A stretch of 64,000 nucleotides of DNA from Octopus sinensis (lineage: Eukaryota), in contig NC_043000.1 in NCBI RefSeq assembly GCF_006345805.1, positions 143,840,001 to 143,904,000 of the forward strand. The letters run 5' to 3'. The notes under the pieces were generated by a model. The model was not told where the DNA came from and ran no database searches. It worked only from the letters and a program-made list of their open reading frames with translations. Numbering within the stretch: the first letter of the stretch is position 1; each line of letters opens with the position of its first letter. Shown in pieces: positions 55,589-64,000 of this stretch. Position numbers and translations under genes: made by a program.

Positions 55589-56874
55589 CTAAGACAATTT
55601 TAGTAAGAAAAAAATCTATAGAATCTATCGTTTTCTCCATCTTCTACGAAAAATATTGTTGGAAATTTGGAATCGTTATGGGAACGAAAAAGAATAGTGA
55701 AGAAAGAAATAAAGAAAAGTAATAAATAGTAGGTCTGAAAACCCGATAAGATATCAATTACTGAAAGTAAAAACAACTTCATAAATTACATTACAATTAA
55801 ATTTTGTGTGTGTATACATACGTATACTTGCGAACATACAAATATATATTATGTATAAAATATGTGTGTGTGTGCTTGCGCGCGTGTGTAACAGAGAGAA
55901 CATTAACGTGATATATATAAACGTACGCGCGTGCGCAAACATATTTATCTTTATGTATTCCATTTCGTATGCTGACTCATAGGCACATACACATAAAATT
56001 CCCCAATCTCTGACATATATAAATATATATGTTTTGTCTTCCTAAAATTGTTCTATCATATGATAGCTTGATGTACAGAAATCAAAAGAAAATTTATTAT
56101 AGGAACCGAAATGCTGAAATGCAACGAACCAGTTAATTGATTTTTAACAACTAATTGACCGCTTTTTTCCAATATACATTTCTCAACGTAAGGCAAACGA
56201 GTATTCATTGTGATAACGAGAATTTGTGACGTTTATGCCATTCTCAAATATAAACGTCACACATAAAATCTTTATTGAATCGTCCACTTTTACAAATGAA
56301 CATTTTTCTTGTACAACGGATACGTATGTTTCTCTATAGGTTGAGTGACATAATACAGAACGTAGGGTGTGTTTGCAACACCAATTAGAAATAAGCTATA
56401 CCTCCCTCTCAATTTGCCGTCTGACATAAATGTACAGGAAGGCAGAGTTATTCTCATTATAGAAAAATTAAGCTGGAACAGTTAATCACAGTTGTACATT
56501 TCGAGGCGAAATAACAAATTAAACTTTCAGCTGCTAGAAACAATAGCCAGCTTTGTCCCAAATTATTCCCTACCAAGCTAAGGTAGTGCACAATTTACTA
56601 CTATATTCAAAAGAGTAAGTTGTAACTATTCATCCATTATGAAACCTAACCTAGGGCTAAAGAATAAGGAATTTGTAATTTACGACGTACAGTGTTTCTC
56701 CGAAACTTCAATTGGATTTTATTGTAACCAGCTCTAAATAACCTGAAGTGCAACGAAAGCAAAACATTGAGATTAGACTTATCTTTTGGGTGTTCTGTTT
56801 TGCTTTGATGCTATCAAACTCTACACCTCGATATTATTTCAAAAATCGCGAATTCTCCATGGCAACACACCTTA

Positions 56875-57130
56875 ATAAAATAAACGCGCCCTTTTAAAGC
56901 CTAGCCAAGCTCATGGGCCCGGTTTCCCGGTTTCCATGGCATATGTGTTCCCCAGCTGGACGGGACACCAGTCCATCGTAGCGTTACTCATTTTTGCCAG
57001 CTGAGTGGACTGAAGCAACGTGAAAGGAAGTGTTTTGCTCAAGAACACAACGCGTCGCCCGGTCCAGGAATCGAAACCACAATCTTATGATCATGGTGCT
57101 GACACCTTAACCACTAAGGCACGCACCTCC
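56875..57130 (-). mobile_element. tRNA-derived SINE, family C (tail 2, V/Meta-like domain), with degenerate TSD
   Basis: The minus strand shares head and core with the 49.3-kb copy up to ggcaaaaatgagt, then continues gctacgatggactggtgtcccgtccagc and ends in (ttta)n. Flanks are atggcaacacacctta (56859-56874) and atgcaagacacctta (57131-57145). Confidence 0.9.
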
Positions 57131-60100
57131 ATGCAAGACACCTTACCCACCTAAAAAAGATGTGTTGGAAAGCAAAACATTTATGATGGAACACCTTTGA
57201 TCGGGAGCGAACTTAGACAGCAAAAGAAAGCTAAGATCAAATAACGTTTAAATTCTTGGAATTGCTATTGCTGTAATGCGTTTACATGTAAGGGCTCTGA
57301 AGAACAATGCCGGTGTATAAGTTTATTTGTAAGCCTCAACTTGAATTTACTGTTTGTGAGAGTTTCAACTGCTCAGTAACAATCTTATTACATGAGAAGT
57401 GTTTTTATTGTAAAACAATTTATTAGTAAAAATGAAGAAACCACGTGGAGTAAAACAATCAGATTGATTGCTGTTTACTATTCGGTCGAATACTCCTTAC
57501 ATTAATCCCAAAGGGCGCGTTTATTTCAATAGCAGTTGAAACAATGAGTGCCACTGTATTACTGTTAATAATTCACACACGCAAGAGTTATACTACACGT
57601 TATTTAGAAGAGGAATAAATTAAACAACATAAAAGAAGAAAGGATCTCATATACTGGCTCAAGAATACACATTTGTAAGATTTGATGTGAATAAATTAGA
57701 TCAAACAAGGGACAGATTAAATGCATATTTTTCCCCCCTCTCCAACACTGATGAAAACCGACATCGATCCTAGCCAGATTTGAACTCACAATATAAGTGA
57801 GGGTGGGTTAATAAATATCATAGCATAAAAAATGGTTCTTTTCTATATACGTCGACTATCATATTCAGATATTTCCAATAAATTAATAGAAATCATTGGA
57901 ACAAAACTATTAGAGAAATACAACAGACTAAAACGGTCCATTCGATTAAGTTTGGTCTATGTGCTATAAACATTAAAAAGACAATAATCCCAAATGGATA
58001 TTATTCAGTTCACTTGCTATAAATATGCGTTTTATCATAGCTAGCGTTTTTTTAAAAACATAATATTGATAAAATCTATGTATCAAATCTTTACTGTTTT
58101 CTGTCTTGTCGAAATATACCGAAGTAAAATATCTGAGTAATTGAGCATCACTCATTCTCGACATATTTTTAATCTTTATTTTATGCATTCAATTCATACG
58201 CACTCTGATTTTTTTTTTATTTCATAATTTAAAACTTCAATCTGAATGAGAGGACAAGCCGACTACTTCCAATTTCATTCCCATTTAACTTGTCGTGTTA
58301 TGTATCTGCTTCGCAACTGGTTGGCCATAAATGTAATGGTTCATAGAACACATAAAATAGAAATGTGTAGCTAGCTAACCCTCTCTTTTGCCACTTACTT
58401 ATTTTATCCGTGCTATCTTTATTTTACTCTCAGTCATTCTCAATCGAACATACTGAAGCATACTTGGAAACATGCTTTTGCTCGCTCATACACTTACATA
58501 CACGGACAAGCATGAGCGGGTTATGCAGAATCTATTACGTTGTTTTAACAATTACAGTAATTTTTTTCTGTATCTTTGTTTCTCGCTTTCTCCTACAATT
58601 TCTCTATTTCCGCATTAAATTAACTAATTTTATACAAATCTTCTTCCGCTTTAGTTTTTACTTTTTACTGAACTCTATGATTGTGTTTCTTCGTTTTGTT
58701 AATTTCCTTCAAAGCAACGTTTTCTTCAATGCTTTTCTTCCCACTCCATGCTAATAGCGTCGCCTTTTCCCCCTCTAATCCAATAATCAGTGTTCTTGAA
58801 TTTCACTTGTGAGCTAGTCTGCTTGAAAAAAAAATGCAATTTCTTTCCAATTGCTTCTCTCTCTTCCTTTCACCCTCCAATTTTTAAAACATTTTATTTT
58901 GTTCTCTTTCACTGATCTGTGCACAGTAATCACCTGTAACATTATAAATGGAATGACCGAAAAGAATTCCTTACTTTGCTTTGTATTTTATGCAGACATT
59001 TTTCGAAATGTGATCGATCGCAACACTGAAATTCTAATGGTAATATCCAATGCTATATCATTTAGATTCCTCAAAACGCAAGAATTTAAAAGTAGAGGGA
59101 AACGATGTTAATTAAAGCTACTAGATCGGAATGAGTACTTCTTTTATGTTTTTGTAACTTTTACAGATTTATAATCGTGCAAAAAAACTTAAAGTTAAAC
59201 AAAAACTTTTAACATGGCAAAGAAAACCGATTGGGTGAGAAAATTACTCATTTAAATATAATTTAAATATTCTCATTAATTAGCATTCCTTTTTGAAGAA
59301 ATTTAACGTAGTTAATGCCGTTGTTGAATTTTTTTTCTGTTAGTGTTTATTTAAAAAGTGAAGTTTTCGCATCGTAATGAAATTCAGTTCATTCTTTGTC
59401 TGTAGTTGAAGATAGTAATTGTGCCACACGTTCTCTCTTCTGAATATATTAAGCATACTTCATGTTGCCTTCTTGCTATAACATATTCTAAGTAAGAAAT
59501 ATATTTGCTAATATGACAACCATTTTAAACAATTAGGAATTTAAATGTGTACTTAAAATACAAAGTTAAAATCATGTGAATGGCATTATATATATTTTAT
59601 ATCTTATATATATTTTGCAGTGAGTTCCTATATTGAATATTTTAGAATAGACAAACAGCTCATATGAAGGCAATTTGACATTACATATGAAACTGAAAAT
59701 TATTGGACAACAATTACTCTATATAGTTTCGCTTCAGTGATTCTATAGTGATATCATAAAAGCATGTCATAATAACATTATACAAAACAAACAATTTTTC
59801 ATAATAATAAATGAATCTTAATGTTCAGTAAAATCAAAACTTCTTTTAGTTATTATAATTTTTGTTATTATAATTTCCGCCTTTTTTCTACATATGAAGC
59901 GTATCCAGAAATATGTACATTTCAATGCATCCATTGTATGTCTGTCATTAATTATTCAAGCAGTTCAGATGCTTTGTCGTTTTATACTTAGTATATGAAT
60001 ACACAGTAACAGTAATAAATATATCTGAAGATTGCAGCGGCTTGTAACTTGAGTCGAAAAGTAAACTCTTAGTATCAGTGACAATGAAACAATATGTGTG

Positions 60101-60327
60101 TGTGTGTGTGTTTTCGGGGTGGTAGGATAAATGCATGAATGAAAATATGTGTCTGCGCGTGTAATTCTTTTTGTGTGTGCGTGAATCTACAATTTTGGTT
60201 AGACATTCTAATGAATTTAGAAGTGTTTGGTACCAAATACCCCACGTAATGCTTCAGTCTGCATGTGGAGTATCTCGGAGATTATTCTGACATAGACAAT
60301 AAGTTCCAACCAATACTGTTGACTTAC

Positions 60328-60487
60328 ACGGTTGCTTAACAAACCCTTTCTGAAGTGACTTTAGTTTATTTATAGTGGGAATGACGAACTCGATAACGTA
60401 TATCCCTGAGTGACTGTACATGAAACAAACATAGCCAGACATGCAAGATCGTTCTTGAAAGCATACTCGATCAATGCACACTTACAA
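60328..60487 (-). other. Candidate 160-nt, probably non-coding exon
   Basis: Strong acceptor ttttattttttttttcattttag| and donor CCGT|gtaagt. All three frames from the acceptor contain stops. Confidence 0.3.
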
Positions 60488-60948
60488 CTAAAATGAAAAA
60501 AAAAATAAAACAGCTCTCTTCACTATACCGTCTTTTCAGAATTTATATCGTAACGAGGATTCGAATTTTCATGGTTTGGTAATAAGTTTTCAGCTGTTCG
60601 ATCTCAATGTTTAGGTACTAAGGTTCCAGTTGTTCTGTCGCCAGAATTATCTGTGCCTTAGTTAAAGTGTACGTAGAGGAGTTTTCCATAAACTGTGTTC
60701 CCATTATTTCACTTCACATGTAGAATTAGTTTCACAGTGTGCGAAAGGGCAATGATTTTTTAAAATTACAAATGAAAGTGAATATCACAATGTAAAAATC
60801 AACGGAGCAAAAAAGGGCATTTAGTACTTCACACTTGCAAAGCAAATATATTGCACCTGTATGTATGTATTGTTCTATATTTAAGTGATGAAAAATGACT
60901 TACATTATCTACATTTAACGGATATTTGTTCTCATCATTTTTGTTGTT

Positions 60949-60994
60949 AACACAACGTTTCGGCTGATATACCCTCCAGCCTACATCAGGTGTC
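60949..60994 (-). ncRNA. Minimal type I hammerhead ribozyme with one core deviation
   Basis: Minus strand: GACAC-CUGAUGU-A-GGCUG-gaggguauau-CAGCC-GAAAC-GUU/GUGUU. Stem I has 5 bp, stem II has 5 bp, and stem III is the palindrome AACGUU. The core is CUGAUGUA rather than CUGAUGA(A). Confidence 0.78.
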
Positions 60995-61050
60995 TTGGGA
61001 AATTTCGAACCTGGATTCTCGATCCTAAGGTATTTTTCGATATTATTATT

Positions 61051-61111
61051 GGAATCGAACTCGGAATCTTGGGTTGGTAGCCCGCGCTCTTAGTAACTAC
61101 GCTAAATGCCC
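61051..61111 (-). promoter_or_regulatory. tRNA-derived internal Pol III promoter (A box + B box); not a functional tRNA gene
   Basis: gggcattTAGCGTAGTTActaagagcgcgggctaccaacccaagattccGAGTTCGATTCC has tRNA-like box spacing and an anticodon-like stem-loop, but no acceptor-stem 3' strand. Confidence 0.7.
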
Positions 61112-63045
61112 GTGGGAAATTATGAAGTGGATTTTAGAGCTTATAAATCTAATATTCTTTATCCTTCCTTAATACTGGTTCCCATGTGCTATTCATATAT
61201 GCACTCGGTCTGCTTAGGAGGTTGTTATGTTGTAGCATATGTGCTGCGTCTTTTAGTTTCCGTATTTTCCAGTCATGTAATCTGTCTATTATTTTAACTC
61301 CATCCCACACGGGGAGGTTGTGTTAACCACAACATGAGGGAAAATATCCGTCAAATTAAATAATGTGTATGTATGTATGGACTTCTGCATGTATGGATGT
61401 GCGTATGGATGTGCGTATGAATGTATGTACGTATGTATGTATACATGCACATATATGTATGTATGTGTTTATATGCGTGTGTGTGTATACACATGTCTAT
61501 GCACGTGTGTATATAATCGTACATAGTTGTGGCTGATTCACGCAATTTGTTTGGCGAAATATATATATTCATCTAATTCATTGAACAGCGATCAGCAATA
61601 GCAAATCATCTGGAGCGCTACTGAATAACCCTTCTGAGATTTCACTGTTTCTATATAAGAATGTTCCAGGTGTGAAATATTGTCACTGTAGAACTCTACA
61701 TGCGTGGAAACAACTGATGCATGTAAAGAAAGAAATTACAAAATCTGCAACAGTTTGTTATGATTGAATTAATATAATCCTTAGAGGTTGGAATAGAACG
61801 ATCAATTGTGTTAAGTCCAACTTTATGCGCAGTCTTCCAATATTGCCGGTCATGCTTCCATAGTCCAGAAATTAAAGTACTATTAGCGTACAGGTTTGAT
61901 ATAACTGTCTATAACTTTCTTCCAAATTTGAGGAAATGTACATATCTTAGAAATTATTACTGTTCGATGAAAGACTTGAGATCACTAATGCATTGTTTTC
62001 AGGTATATTTAGAATCGCATAATACAAAATGTCTTTGTTTTAAAGAAGGTAATGTGTGGTTTAAATGAAACTTCAACGGTATGTCAACGGATCCGAGCGG
62101 CTATGTTGTGGCTCCTTTATTACAACTATTAATACAAAAGGAATTTGAAGCCGGTTAAGCAAATCTGCTGCTATTATATCTACTAATCCAAAATGTACAT
62201 ATATCTTTTCAATTTCTAGTTATCACATACACAAAATTATTTTAAATTCCAGCTCACAAATAATTTCTTTTTAATTATGAACTAATATTGAATAGTGTGC
62301 TTCCAAATTGAAAAAAAACTGGAGTACAATCCAAGAGGGCAGAAATTTGAATATGATCATTTTTGTTGTTGCTCAATTTCAGACTTGTGAATGAGGACTA
62401 CGATCAGAAGCATCCCAAATGCAGATATTCCATCTTATGTTCCGTCGCATGATTAGATTTATAGGTATTCACTTCCTGTTTCTAGCCGATAGAATAGCAG
62501 GTAGCAGAGGAGCTAAAGTGTAAGTTATTAGACTTTGTCTTCTGTTGGGAAGGAACTTAATGTTCAACGGGTATTATCACATAGATTATATTATTTACGG
62601 CAGTATCTGACAAATTACTAGATTTTAGTTCAATTTCTCGCGCCGCTAGAACAATACTAATCAAAAACGAGCTCGGTCTATTATCTATTACAGAAACTTA
62701 TACCATTATCTAAAAGATAAGTTGTCTTTCAATAGAGGATATTAAAGAACGCGTTTCTTTGGTGACAGTGCATTTCAGAGCTGGCAGAATTGGAACTAGT
62801 TCTTACTTCTACAGCTAAACAATCTCAGCATTTTAGTATGTTTTCTAATATATACATCTATGCATACATACTTACATACATAAACAAAATTATACTCGTT
62901 TGTTTTATTATTGTTATTAGATTGGAGTGTGTCCATCTCATATTTCACTTTTCTCCCGCAATTTTTCACTCTACGTATCTACAAAACCTTTCTATATCCT
63001 CAAGCTATGAGTAATTCAAACTGCATACATACTCATATGTATACA

Positions 63046-63086
63046 TGTGTGTGTGAGCGTGTGTGTGTGCGTGCGTGCGTGCGTGC

Positions 63087-63159
<73 letters not shown>

Positions 63160-63160
63160 C
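63046..63160. repeat. (TG)n/(CGTG)n/(CG)n alternating purine-pyrimidine tract
   Basis: Direct reading. Confidence 0.95.
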
Positions 63161-64000
63161 TATTGCTTTTCTTGATTCTTTGCTAATCCGCAGTCTTGTA
63201 TGACACTGCTGACTAAGCACACTTTCTAACTTCCGGCCAGTATTTAGCCCTTCCCGTTTCCGTCACCCATTTCCCCTTAATCACCTTTTATTGTCTTTGT
63301 ATTATCTTTATTCTATGATGACGTGGCTCATCGTTAACCATTTTAATGATCAATAGTCATGTTGGCAAGTAAACTACTAGATTTCGCTAAATAGCACACA
63401 TAACTTAACTGTTCCGAAATTCATTTCCGTTTCATTTCCTTTGTTTTCTCGTGATAAATACACACTTCTTGTAAAATCAGTCAACACTAAAACACACGCA
63501 ACATTCCACATCTTATAGCTAACTATTATACGTATCTATAAAGGATAGATAATCTTATCCTAGTTAATTTCATTGCTCAAAGATCGATGTGTGTGATTAA
63601 TCTATTCTAAATATATATAAAAAAAACTTAAACTGTGTTAATACACCTACAATTATCAACTTATTTTACAAAATTCGGCAAACGTGTTATGCTATGTCAC
63701 TGACTATTACAGAACTATGTCGATTAAAGTTGACAGGTTTTAAATTGCTTGTTGTTATTCAACCCAAACGAGGTAGTATGTAAGCATAACTAAAACTAAA
63801 TCGGTTCCATCCATGAGCAACCAGACTGATTTTTTCAGCAGTGTATATAGAATGAGCCTACTCAGTATTTCCTGCTTATTTCTAAAAGCAACATAAACGT
63901 CATAAAACATTGGTATTATTTCGTACAGTTGTGTTTATAAGTCATAACTATTATAAATGTAAAAGATCCAGAAATCAAGTAATGACAGCTTGAAAGAGGT

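Larger units (their letters stand above)
60901..61366 (-). mobile_element. ~465-bp non-autonomous element: inverted terminal repeat, tRNA-like head, minimal hammerhead and tail
   Basis: tRNA-like segment at 61051-61111 (-), HHR at 60949-60994 (-), and 60902-60956 is an imperfect reverse complement of 61317-61366. Confidence 0.75.

Noticed and set aside
60020-60070. CTGAAGA ... GAAA spacing
   Set aside because: No stem II closing onto GAAA and no stems I or III.
61051-61111. Functional tRNA gene
   Set aside because: Acceptor stem is incomplete and the D-loop GG is missing; treated as a SINE-type head, like the other tRNA-like heads in the window.

Overview
AT-rich eukaryotic non-coding DNA, either a gene desert or a very large intron. 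The tRNA-headed SINE families and the (TA)n/(CA)n/(TTA)n density look like an octopus (coleoid cephalopod) genome; this is an inference from recognised repeats, not a database result. No intact protein-coding gene is supported, and almost all track ORFs are translated microsatellites. The window holds about 15 SINE copies from four modular families, three decayed mariner loci (one full-length, two rearranged), Penelope-like element (PLE) remnants, a near-identical ~1.3-kb tandem duplication and several fold-back palindromes anchored on (TA)n. The strongest signal is a set of type I hammerhead ribozyme (HHR) motifs in short non-coding elements from unrelated families: 1151-1185 and its duplicate 2476-2510, 5157-5243, 34916-34948, 35444-35494 and 60949-60994. 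The most unusual carrier is a ~465-bp element (60901-61366). It combines a tRNA-like Pol III head, a minimal hammerhead, and an inverted terminal repeat that begins at the predicted cleavage triplet, making it a candidate Pol III-driven, PLE-mobilised ribozyme SINE or retrozyme. Two minus-strand exon candidates (60328-60487, 55534-55588) may belong to a host transcript.
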